From assembly GCF_006345805.1 (NCBI RefSeq), contig NC_043004.1:60512001-60576000 (forward strand): a DNA stretch of 64,000 bases. Direction: 5' to 3'. The position numbers and the translations under genes were made by a program. The notes under the pieces were generated by a model, which saw only the letters and a program-made list of their open reading frames with translations, was not told where the DNA came from and searched no databases. The DNA is from Octopus sinensis (lineage: Eukaryota). Shown here in pieces: positions 52,083 to 64,000 of the stretch (position 1 is its first letter; each line of letters starts with the position of its first letter).

Positions 52083-52462
52083 GCACACACAAATTATTAT
52101 ACACTTAGCAAATATAATAATTAGTTTTAAAGAGGCTGAAACCTTTAGAATGCAAAGAGCGGCAGAAAAATAGTTAAGACTAATGATGACGTTGAGGAGG
52201 ATGAGAACGACGGCACTGTGACGACGATGAAGGGAGAGTGGGGTGGAGTCGGATGATGATGATGCTGATGAGGATCAAGATGATGACGATTATTATTATA
52301 AAGTTGAGTCTTGTTTTATCTTTTATCCATTTCATAGCTTCACTCTTAGGAATGCAGCAATGCTGGAGCACTGCCACAATATATCTTATTTTCTGTCAGT
52401 ATAATTTTGTAAGCGCTGGTATTCTCTAAGTGTATTCTTGAATATTTGAATAGTCCAGTATC

Positions 52463-52659
52463 TATTTCTTTATTGCCCACAAGGGGCTAGGCATAGAGGG
52501 GACAAACAAGGACAGACAAAGGGATTAAGTCGATTACATCGACCCCAGTGCGTAACTGGTACTTTATTTATCGACCCCCGAAAGAATGAAAGGCAAAGTC
52601 GACAGACGAAATACGGCAACGCATTTCGCCCGCCGTGCTAACGTTTCTGCCAGCTCATC
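52463..52659 (-). mobile_element. tRNA-derived SINE (type C), internally deleted
   Basis: Reverse complement of the 58502 family. Confidence 0.88.
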
Positions 52660-52825
52660 GTATTTATATACCGTGCAGTATGTACTACATTTTGTGTTTC
52701 TTTGTTTCTTTTTTAATGTTTCGATAGTGTTTCTGATTTATTTAGATAGGCTGTTGCACAGATGAGGACCTGTAAATAAGAGACTTGTACGAATGTGTGT
52801 TTTGCTCATGATTTCAAGACGAAAC

Positions 52826-53019
52826 CGAAGAAGTGGAAGAAGAAGAAGAAGAAGAAGAAGAAGAAGAAGAAGAAGAAGAAAAAAAGAAGAAAAAGATGAT
52901 GATAATGATGAGTAGGAGGAGGATGAGGAGGATAAAGGTGATGATGATGACGACAACGACGTTGATGATGTGGAAGAAGAAAAGAAAGAAGAAGAAGATG
53001 ATGATGATGATGATGATGA

Positions 53020-53058
<39 letters not shown>

Positions 53059-53248
53059 TTGGTGGTGATGAAGACGGCGATGATGATGAGGAAGAAGAAG
53101 GCAAAGTAGGAGAAGAATAAGACGATGACAATGACGATGATGATGTTGATAATGATGATGACGATGGTGCTGGTGGTGGTGATGAAGATGATGATGATGA
53201 CGATGACGACGACGACGATGCCGACGATGACGACGACGATGCCGACGA

Positions 53249-53284
<36 letters not shown>

Positions 53285-53387
53285 AGAAGAAGAAGAAGAA
53301 GAAGAAGAAGAAGAAGAAGAAGAAGAAGAAGAAGAAGAAGAGGAAAAGAAGAAGAAGAAGAAGAAGAAGAAGAAGAAGAAGAAGAAG

Positions 53388-53418
<31 letters not shown>

Positions 53419-53420
53419 TT
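52826..53420. repeat. (GAA)n/(GAT)n/(GAC)n compound microsatellite
   Basis: Direct inspection. Explains the poly-E/K/D/R/S ORFs. Confidence 0.96.
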
Positions 53421-53708
53421 CAGTGACTAATAATAATACAGATAAAATACATAACATTAGTAATAAGAATTTTATGAAAAAAATATTTAAAATAATTATG
53501 CCAAAATGTTTGAAATTCATAGTTTAAAAAGTAAAATTATGTAAATACATCTTAAGAAGCAATATTGTCCGGAAATCTTGAGAGAAGCTAAACCGATGTT
53601 CGCTTGAAGCCAAATTAAGTTTGCACAAGATTTATTTAAAAAATGTAGTAATAATGACTAGCTTCAGGGCTTCGGAGTTGATGCAATATCCACAACTACT
53701 ATTAAGTA

Positions 53709-53796
<88 letters not shown>

Positions 53797-53803
53797 TTTA
53801 TTA

Positions 53804-53861
<58 letters not shown>

Positions 53862-53935
53862 TGTTGTTGGTGGTGTTGTTGTTGTTGGTGTTGTTGTTGT
53901 TGTTGCTGTTGTTGTTAAATTTACTATTAGTAGCA
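53709..53935. repeat. (TTA)n/(TTG)n microsatellite
   Basis: Direct inspection. Confidence 0.96.
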
Positions 53936-54043
53936 GTGTTTTGAGGAGTAGTAATTATACAAAGTTCAAATAAATATATATATTATTATTGCTAGTAATC
54001 AAATGAATTCAAGACGATATTATTATTATTATTATTATTATTA

Positions 54044-54089
<46 letters not shown>

Positions 54090-54766
54090 TGCTTTTGAGA
54101 AAAGCATTTTTCGCTTCATCCATTTTGATATTCATGGAAGTACGGAAAAAAGGAGCGGAAAATCGCTTTCTATATTATTGTGTTAGATTACTGAAAGTTA
54201 ATTGATTTTATTACCGACGCTAAATCTAACTAAATTCATTCATTTAATCCAGTGTACACACGCATTCTATTACCCATTATTATATGCACTCATTAGTGTA
54301 CACACACGTGCATATTTGTACGTCAGTATATTATATAAACTTTAGGCGTTCGCGTGTAACTCAATGCTTAAATGCATTCTTGTTTCTATAGTTAAATCAA
54401 AAGGAGAGGCATAGACTTCTCGCTTCTCGATGCACTTTGTTAAGTAGTACACAGGCTTGCTCGTTTCAGGCTGCCATTTCTGTGACTATTCATGCGATTG
54501 TTCATCTGCAGCAAATCTATCCGTACATCTGGCGAAATGGTGGATAATTTATGTACGTATGTATGAATGTATGTATGTATATATATACTATACATATATG
54601 TGTGTGTATGTGTGTGTATGTGTATGTACGCATGTATGTATGTATGTATGTATGCATTGATAGATGTATATATACATATGCTTATTTTTATTATCAATTA
54701 TTACTATTATTATTATTATTACTATTATTATTATTATTATTATTACTATTATTATTATTAATATTA

Positions 54767-54830
<64 letters not shown>

Positions 54831-54842
54831 GTTATTATTATT

Positions 54843-55397
54843 GAGTGAGAGAGCAGTGCATACCATCAAAGTGACACTGGGATAAAATATACGAAGCCCA
54901 GTATACACATCATGACTACCCGTCTGATAAGGGCACACTAGGCACATGCATCACAACCATATGTGCGCGACATGGTGAACTCATATGAAGATAACCCACA
55001 TATGACCTTGCCGGTGGGGCCCAGTTAGAAAGTTCTTATGGTTGAGTAACCCATCCCGCTCAAAAGGTCCCTGAATAAGGCTTTGTTTAAGGATGTTGAA
55101 TGAAACACCCATGTTTCCAGAGGTGAATTATTCAAATCCCAAAGAATCCCTCTCAACACATGGCTACAATGCTCTCCCACTACTTCTGCTAGTGATCAGA
55201 GATGCATATATCGTCAGCCACTAAGAGATATGCTCAACTGGTTAAGGTCGAAGAAATGACAAGCAAATCTGTGGTAATGAACAGAATATTTGCTGTAGCC
55301 CATATTTTATACCAAGACAAACAACGTACATGATAGCACTTCCTACCAGTTAAGATGAGAAGCCCCGGGAGCCACTGCCTGGTACTGCATCAGGGTC
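54843..55397 (-). mobile_element. Element X, full-length copy
   Basis: Reverse complement of 16353-16906, same 5' start (CCCTGATGCAGTACCAGG), flanked by (TTA)n-rich sequence. Confidence 0.88.
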
Positions 55398-55448
55398 TTT
55401 ATTGTTGTTATTATTATTATATTATTATTATTATTATTATTATTGATT

Positions 55449-55515
55449 GAGTGAGCAGTGCATGCCATCAAAGTGATACTGGGGTAAAATATACGAAGCC
55501 CAGTATACCCATCAT
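55449..55515 (-). mobile_element. Element X, 3'-terminal 67-bp fragment
   Basis: GAGTGAGCAGTGCATGCCATCAAAGTGATACTGGGGTAAAATATACGAAGCCCAGTATACCCATCAT between (TTA)n tracts. Confidence 0.85.
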
Positions 55516-55516
55516 A

Positions 55517-55592
<76 letters not shown>

Positions 55593-55595
<3 letters not shown>

Positions 55596-56010
55596 TAGTT
55601 TTATTTTTATAGCGTGCTTTCACTTCACTACCGAGCGCAGCTCTATGTGCCTTGGGTATGTGCTGTGATTTGTTGTGATGCTCTGATGGTTATTGTATGG
55701 AAAGTGTTCTGCGTAGGATGTGTGCAGTGCCTAGTAGTGCAATTTTCTGTATGTTATATGTGTTTGTAAGTCCTGGTGTTTCTGTTATGTATTTGTCTGA
55801 ATATTTTTTTTATCATGCCTAATGCACCTACTATGATAGGAATTGTTTCTGTTTTCAGGTTCCACATTCTAGTTACCTCTATTTCCAGGTCTTTGTATTT
55901 TGAGAGTTTCTCCATTTCTTTTAGAGACACGTTGTCATCTGCCGGTATTGATACATCAATTAGAAAGCATTTTTTTTTCTTCATGATCTCTGACAACTAT
56001 ATCTGTTTTG
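55593..56010 (-). mobile_element. 3' fragment of the R4/Dong-like LINE with complete 3' end
   Basis: KKCFLIDVSIPADDNVSLKEMEKLSKYKDLEIEVTRMW, highly similar to 18391-18744. The 3' UTR ends AAAACTACTG, then (AAT)n on the element strand. Confidence 0.92.
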
Positions 56011-58501
56011 TTTGTCTATACATACGCGAGTGCGTTTATATATGCTAAACTTCTGGAATGTTATGTAAACCTGGACAGTCCTTAAGACTGTAATCCCTTT
56101 TTATAGGTTTTCGTTTTTGAATTTTTGAAATCCAGACACTCAGCATTCTTATTAAGACATTTAGCCCCGTATTCGCGTGTTTCAATAATTATAGACAAAA
56201 CAAAAACAAAAAAAGGAAACATGAATGAAAAATAATTAAGATAATTTAACTACTAATTTTCATAAGTTTAGAATATGTTTCCTTTTTCACTAACAATCAT
56301 CATATTAATTGGATAATTGGTTTTCAAATACTGTGCATTATTTCATCCCCCCATTAATATCAATGTACATGACAATTTATATGTGAATGTTGTTTGTCTT
56401 GATAAGAATTTTCCAGAATATTCTTCTATATTATGAGTGTTTATGTGAGGCTTTCAATTAACAGGGGCTTTCTAAGCTTTTATTCTTCGAATATTCTCTC
56501 TACAGATGTTATACATCATTCCTCATGCAGGTACACCACGACGTTATTTTTATTCAGATGCTTATGGCGTGAATGTCATACAGAGCGTTTATTCTCACCT
56601 GTTTCCTGATCTCTTTTGTATATTTTGTTGATATTTCTTGTTCCTGTGTTACAGAAGCATATCATCCAAATTGAGATTAATATCCATGATTTTAGATCTA
56701 AAGATGAGGTATATGTATTATCAACGTAGTTGACAGTGAAACCTTCCTGTGATATCGCTATACATGGCTTTCTGATCATGTACAGAAAGCTTCTCCCGAC
56801 CTGCTGCAGTACTCACGAGTGTATATTTATATTTTTGCATATATATATATTCGCATTTTTCTTTATATTTTTCTCCGATATATTAGCAAAGCAGAAGAAA
56901 CTTCAGTACACTTCCAGCTAAGTCCTTTGCAACGTTTTCCTTAACATAAATCAGTCAGTTTCAACAGATAGCCGATATTACTCTAAAACTCATTCATGTA
57001 TGTAAATAACACACAGCTTTCAAAGCGTGAACCTTAATTAAATCAACAAAATATAATCCTCAGAGAATACTCACACAAACATTTATGCATTCCGAATTGT
57101 CAAATAGTCAAAAGAATCTTTTCTGCAGTATTAGCAAATTTTTTTCTGGGATGTCCAGCGTAAATAAACTTGTCGGGAAATGTTTCATTATAGTTTATCT
57201 AAAACAAAAAGTAATGCTACCTTCACACCAAAAAAAATACTAGCAATTAGTGATTCGCCTGTTTGAAACCTGTAATCAACAACTCAATTGTTCACCAATT
57301 TTCATATACACTAAAATTATCCCACAGTTTTCGCTTTCAGAATTCAAGGTTGTCAATTATCTGTGTTTTTCTTACAACTGCATCCATCTCTTGTGTTTAT
57401 AGTTATGAAAAAATTTTGTTCATTGTTGGTCGATATATTATCACAACACAGAATTCGAACCAACAAAGCGATAACTTGATTATACTATGGATGTTTTTGT
57501 TGTTGTTTTGTTGCTGTTTTACCCCTGGTCAGCACTGATTGAGAAGACATATCATCAAGGATATTCCAGCCATGACCATCTCGTTATTTTATAGAAATTT
57601 TGCTACTATATATCGTAGTATCTCGTTGTGTCATGCATGCATAGTGTGTGCATCCGTCTATGCGTATCTCTGTTTTATTTGTGTGTGATATACGTGCAAT
57701 TTTCTATGTATGCATGTGAAAATTATGTGTGTTACTGATACCGTGTATAATTGTGGGTGTTTGTGTACACACGTTTGAAAGCACTTTTGTGGGTATATGT
57801 TATGTATGTATGTATTTATGCATTTATGTATGTATGCATTTATGTATGCATGCATGCTTGCATAGGTATGTGTGTAACGCAGTTACGACCATTCTTTTAG
57901 CTCTGGTCAGATATTTGATTAAATAAATGACAAGGAGATATATTAACCAATTTAATGTTCAGCGGTTTATATTTGCTAATAGATTACGTTACCTCATATG
58001 AGAACATATACGATCGCTATGAGAATATATACGAAACGTGCTTTTCGGTCGATCCATTTTTATGTTCATTAGGTTGATCCCAAACACACTCATGTAATTT
58101 AACTTTGACACCTTCATCTCAAGATATAGTCGAATGCATATCGAAAGGGTTAATTAATATTTCTCATTCTCTCAGCACAGTCAATCTATGATACTCGTTT
58201 ATCTACTGACAAAATATACCGTTCAAAAATATGAGCTGATCGACACTAGAGTGACATTTGCAGATCTAACGCCATGATGTGAAACGTTGACTGCCTCTAC
58301 CGGAGTCGACACTTTTGTGTGGTATGGTGCCAGGTCTATTGCTTGATGATACCTTCTTTGTGCCATCTCACCACTTTCGAGGTTCTTAAAATCGTCATAT
58401 GCACCGCCCGTATCATCCACAAGGTATCGTCGATAGTTGTCACTTTTGTCATTATAGCCTTAGTGAAATTGGGTGGATGGAAACTGTACAGAAGATTCAA
58501 A

Positions 58502-58733
58502 AGGCGGTGAGCTGGCAGAATCGTTAGCACGCCTCTCGGAATGCTTAGCGGTATTTCGACTGCCGCTACGTTTTGAGTTCAAATTCCACCGAGGTCGTCT
58601 TTGCTTTTCATCCTTTCGGGGTCGATTAAATAAGTACCAGTTACGCACTGGGGTCAATGTAATCGACTTAATCCGTTTGTCTGTCCTTGTTTGTCCCCTC
58701 TATGTTTAGCCCATTGTGGGCAATAAAGAAATA
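58502..58733 (+). mobile_element. tRNA-derived SINE (type C), full-length
   Basis: AGGCGGTGAGCTGGCAGAATCGTTAGCAC head, GAGTTCAAATTCC B box, TTTCATCCTTTCGGGGTCGATTAAATAAGTACC core (MetaSINE-like from memory). Confidence 0.9.
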
Positions 58734-58734
58734 A

Positions 58735-58953
58735 GAAACATTAGCACGCCAAGAAAAATGCTTGGCGGTATTTCGTTTGCCGTTACATTTTGAGTTCAAA
58801 ATTCCGCCGAGGTCGACTTTGCCTTTCATCCTTTCGAGGTCGATAAATTAAGTGCCAGTTATGCACTGGAGTCGATGTAATCGACTTAATTCCTTTGTCT
58901 GTCCTTGTTTGTCCCTTCTATGTTTAACCCCTTGTGGGGGCAATAAAGAAATA
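58735..58953 (+). mobile_element. tRNA-derived SINE (type C), second copy in tandem, 5'-clipped
   Basis: Directly follows 58502-58733 with the same core and tail. Confidence 0.9.
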
Positions 58954-59795
58954 GGAAACTGTACGGATGATCCCCGGATGGACTGCCCCTTTAATTTAAA
59001 AGTCAGGTCTTTTGACACTGTGATATGCTGATTCGATAAATAAATTCCGTAAAGTATACTAGTATCTGTGGAAAACTCAGTGTTTGGGAACTTATACAAT
59101 GGGTAATTCGTTCAGATTCACGAATAACTGAATACTCTTCAATGAAATAGGCATATGATGGTACTCGAGCGTAGGAGTGTATGCGCGCGTGAGCTGGTGT
59201 GAATGCGCGGATGCGTCTGTGTGAGTGTATGCGCGCGTGTGTTTAAACATTTAAAACACGGTAAGTTTACCACTCTATACACCGAATTTAACGCAGCGCG
59301 ACGTTGTTGATTTCACCTGTCATTTTCTAAGTTGATTATTTTGTTTCAGTTCTTACAAATTTCATTGCGACATAGCGGCATTAATTATTGTGGTGTTGAC
59401 TTTATGATAACCACCAGAATATTTCTACTTCAATAAATACACTGTACTTGAGTCAAAATTACTAATCGATGATTGATTGCTATGGTAGAATTGAGATCCA
59501 CAATCTTGTAAAATTATCCGGTCTATTAAGATTGCATTCAGATTTTATACCTCATATTAAGACTCGAACAGAATGATGGCCTAGTTATTTCTAGATTCAT
59601 AAACATAGTTTAAGTAAATTAACTGATGTCCTAATTACGAAACTTAGAGAAATAGTACATGAAACCAGTTACTACAGATATCAGATGTTACCCTAAAACT
59701 CATACATGTATGTAAATAACACACAGCATTCAAAGCGTGAACCTTAATTACATCAACGTAATCTAATCCTTAGAAAATACACATACAAACATTTA

Positions 59796-60284
59796 CCGTA
59801 AATCCTTGAGTATAGTTCACCCTTGAACTATGGGCAGGGGATTTTTATGAAAAATCAAAACATTGTGTATAATACTCACCCCTTCTCTAACTTGAGTCAA
59901 GGAGGACTATATAGCGTCCTTGGTTTGTAAAAATGTATACGGTAACGCCCTTTATTGTATATATAACATAATGCAAACGTATAGCGTTTTTGTGCATTTT
60001 GTTTGCAGAAAATAAAGAAATAACAGTAATAACGTTTAATAAATGCTGCTTACTGCAAGTTATGGATGATCTTGTTATGACTTCATTGATTACAGGCTTA
60101 GCTTAAGGTATTTTCGCAACGGACATCACAAAATTCATCTGAATAAACATAGCCAGAGAGCAAACAGAGACACGGACATTGCTTAGAAAATAATTTTCAT
60201 TTTTAATCTCGTACATAGTACACACTAGGGATTTTGACTTTAAAATTTTGGGGAAAAATGAGGATTATACTCGAGGATTTACGG
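59796..60284. mobile_element. Non-autonomous Tc1/mariner-superfamily MITE (489 bp)
   Basis: 21-bp TIRs CCGTAAATCCTTGAGTATAGT / ATTATACTCGAGGATTTACGG (2 mismatches), flanked by TA on both sides. Interrupts a sequence that is continuous in the paralogue at ~56990-57230. Confidence 0.88.
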
Positions 60285-62158
60285 TAGTCAAAAGAATCTT
60301 CTCTGCAGTATTAGCAAAATTTTTTCTGGGATGTCCAGCATAAATAAACTTTCTTGTCCTGAAATGATTCATAATAGTTTATTTAAAACAAAAAGTAATG
60401 CTACTTTCACACTAACACGAAATATATCACATCCCACACGGTCGTATTCGAAACCTGAAGGGATATGATCGTGATAACTACCACAAACCCTTTAATCCAG
60501 AGCTCTATTGTTTATAGTAATGCTCGCCTTTACTAAATTTATTGAAAATTGTAGAAATAAAAGAAATAGCGATATTGAAATTAGATGGCTGACATTTTTG
60601 TTATTCAAAATATTTTGGCATTGTTTGCCATGTTTTTTTATCAATAGAGCAAGAATTGTTCGAAAATTAGCATATTGCTTTCCAATAACAATCATAGATT
60701 TTTACTGGGATATTAAGAGAAATTACGTCATTAGTCTCCATGATTTATTTAATAATCGATTTAATATGATACCCATGATTATTTTCCCGATAAGTTTCGG
60801 ATATTATATTATATTTTAGAATATAATTCAATATAAACTCAAGTAAATATCCTAATTAGCCACAGGCATAATGTTGTCCTAAAATGGTGAAATATTACAA
60901 ATATAATACGAAAAATGTTGACTGCGGTAATTTTAGTTATTTCGGTATATTACACATATGTCGATCATTTTCGCTCATGTATTCAACATGTAGTGCTTGA
61001 TCGATATATTTCAAATCAACATACTGTTAAATATACAATGTCAGACATATTTCTACTATATGATTACATCATATACATTATATACATTGCTATTTGAATT
61101 TGGAGTAACATTGGACTATTTAATACATTGGACCAATAAGTAGTCTTCAATGCATAGAAATTCACTTTTCTATGAAATTGAATTTAAATTTATTGAAATT
61201 ACTGTGCCTTTCCTTTAGGAGACACAGGATGTATTTGTTTACTTTCTCAAGTGAAAAAAAAAATTTTAAGTAGATTAGGAATACCTCGCATCCGTCATTC
61301 GGTTAATCAGAATTTCAAATAGTCTTGCAGATTTTGTGCAGATGACATAAAGAGTCAGCACAAATTAATGTAGGCACACACGCACTTGCCTCTGCACGTG
61401 CGCGCGCGTACACACACACATACACGCACACATACAGTCAGTCTCCTATGTGACAGAGTTGTGGGAGTGTGGGACAGAATGTTTCAGCTCTACACAATTT
61501 CGTTTCAAACGCCGTCGAGATCAAATATTTTCAATGAGTTCCTGATGTGTAAGTGAAATACATGTCCCTTACTCAGGTCGATTCTTTTCTATATCTGTCT
61601 ATCTAACTATCTATCTCTCTCTATATATATATATCTATCTTCTCTCTCTCTGCATCTCTCTCTTTCTCTTTCTCTCTCTTGCTCGCTTGCATTCGCTTTC
61701 TCTCTTTAATTATAAAAGTAATCGGACCTGGTTGAAATTTGTAAGGGACGAATAACAGCGTCTCTGAAAATGCTTGAGATTTGGCATATATTACACGATG
61801 GCCCCAAAGTAGAATTAGGTTCTGGTGGGGCATGTCTTGTCATGGTATACACAGAAACTCACACATATGCATGCGCGTATGTGTGTGTTCGCTAATAAAT
61901 GAACTATGCTCCTACATGTACAAATATGTCTGTGAGTGTGTATGTGAAATTGACAGAGAAGGGGAAAAGTGAATAGACGCGCACGTATCTAATCCCTTTA
62001 TCAACTGTCGACTGGTGTTTACTAAAATCATGGTTCCTTTGATAATATTTGAGCGTCAGTAATATTGACAAAGGAACAATATAGTCATACATGATTGAAG
62101 TGAGCGTGTAATTGTAGAAGCGCAACATTGATATATAGCTAAGTATCTACGCACTTCT

Positions 62159-62405
62159 GGAGGCGCGTGGCTTAGTGGTTAGGGTGTCAGCATCCTGATC
62201 GTAAGATTGTGGTTTCGATTCCTGGACCGGGCGACACGTTGTGTTCTTGAGCAAAACACTTCATTTCACGTTGCTCCAGTCCACTCAGCTGCCAAAAGGT
62301 AGTAACGCTGCGATGGACTGGCGTCCCGTCCAGCTGGGGAACGCATACACCATTGACACCGGGGAACCGGGCCAATGTACCTCGCTAGGCTTTAAAAAGG
62401 CGCAT
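62159..62405 (+). mobile_element. tRNA-derived SINE (type D, V-SINE-like core)
   Basis: GGAGGCGCGTGGCTTAGTGGTTAGGG..GGTTTCGATTCC head; GCGATGGACTGGCGTCCCGTCCAG resembles the V-SINE core as I recall it. Confidence 0.78.
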
Positions 62406-63478
62406 TTATTTATTATATGTGTACTTATATGTGTACATACATGCGCTCATATAGGCGTTTTTATACATACACGTTTATACAAGCATGTGAATAAGCATTT
62501 TCGTTCACTCCTCTATGCATCTGTGTGACTGTATACTTGTGTGCGTTTGCATTTCATTATGGCGTGTGTGTATGTATGTGTGTTTCTTTACTTAAAGATA
62601 TGTGTATGCATATATACACCTATAAGACTGTGGATATTACATTTTATAACAATTGGCTTGATATTGTGTATGTATAAATACGCATAAATATGTACAGTTA
62701 TGCTGTGAATATATCCTTGCTTATACATACCCTGCGATTGCTCGATGGTACGGCGGACATTACAAATTACTCTATGAACAAACATTCATCCATTTTGAAA
62801 TGTGCATGTAAATACAGAACTGTGGGAATATGTGTGTGAGGAAGAGAAAGGGAAGGAGATGAAACGAAGTATTTTTCTTAGGAGATAGATAGATGTGGTA
62901 ATAAAGACGTTGTTTGCAACAACGCATATGCACGCAATTCACCATCGCGATATTGAAATACAAGAATTTTCTACTGTTCACCTTGTAAATCTGCATAGTT
63001 TTCTTATTCGAACTTCATGATCTTTTCTGTTTTTCTTAGAAACCAACTCCTTTGTAGAAAGAATACGCACAGTTAAAAAAATGGACTACGCCATACGTTG
63101 AAACATGAATAGTTACGTACATTCACACAAGTCTATATACATACTTGCCAAAATTTATATACATTATCATACTTGTAGTACAGTTTAATACAGAGCTGTA
63201 TTTATTTATACGTATATAAATATACAAATAATATCTTCAAAAATTTTACGAACGTGCACTATTCAGATACATACATTCTCTAAGTCTTGCTCAAGTTGAG
63301 TGTGAACTGGTCTTCACAAAATTAAGGCAATATATTATAATAGTAAATGGCGGTGCCCCAGCATGGCCACTGCTCGTGAGCTGAAACTAGATAAAATTTT
63401 TAAAATATTTTAAAAAAATAACGTTATAATATAAAGGAAGTTTAATGAGAGTATATATACTACATATATATATGTATA

Positions 63479-63513
<35 letters not shown>

Positions 63514-63602
63514 TATATATATATATATATATTGGTAAATAGATTGATATAAACGCGTACACACATATACATATGTTTATGTATATAATATATATATATA
63601 TA

Positions 63603-63790
63603 ACGGGAAGCTTTATGAAAATAAACAAAAGACGAAGGCAGGTGGAATACAAACAAACAATTGTATTAGTATGGTGCTCAGGAATATAAATAAAACAAGT
63701 CTTTTACGTTTCGAGCCTACGCTCTTCAACAGAAAGATACACAGAAAAGAAACACGGAGAGAAACAAGGAGAGAAAAAAATGCGTGCAGA
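63603..63790. repeat. Dispersed repeat, copy of 51421-51600
   Basis: Direct sequence similarity. Confidence 0.88.
63700..63737 (-). ncRNA. Minimal type-I hammerhead-like motif (CUGUUGA core)
   Basis: UCUUU-CUGUUGA-A-GAGC-GUAG-GCUC-GAAAC-GUA-AAAGA. Perfect 5-bp stem I and 4-bp stem II, palindromic ACGU stem III, putative GUA cleavage triplet. Confidence 0.5.
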
Positions 63791-64000
63791 AGCTAGCGAA
63801 TCAACATGGCGATTATATATATATAGAAGCACGTGTTCAGCACGCGCATGCACATATGACCTATGTTCATCAGCACACCATTTCTATATATTGCAATAAT
63901 GTGAAATAGTTAGAATTAAGGAAATTGATTCTTGTTGTTGACAAATTTCTATTATAGCCTCGCATATTTTTTTACGAACCGTACTACTATAAATTAATAT

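Noticed and set aside
52738-53520. Poly-His/Arg/Ser/Glu ORFs
   Set aside because: Products of GAA/GAT/GAC arrays.

Overview
Eukaryotic, AT-rich, repeat-dominated window with no recognisable intact host gene. The SINE families and extreme microsatellite load suggest an octopus genome (inference, not database-checked). Almost all long ORFs in the track are microsatellite artefacts. Real coding remnants are all from mobile elements: Penelope-like elements (PLEs, RT plus GIY-YIG endonuclease), two R4/Dong-like LINE pieces, four Tc1/mariner relics, an RTE tail and a probable HERO tail. At least four tRNA-derived SINE types are present. Points worth a second look: (1) minimal type-I hammerhead-like motifs in PLE terminal-repeat-like sequences, including a recurring CUGU(U/C)GA core variant; (2) an unexplained ~555-bp element in five copies, all ending at the same 3' base and followed by (AAT)n, co-oriented with Dong-like LINEs; (3) a PLE whose Asn-rich linker appears to have become the (AAT)n landing pad for that element; (4) several long fold-back palindromes and (TA)n-bounded tandem duplications.
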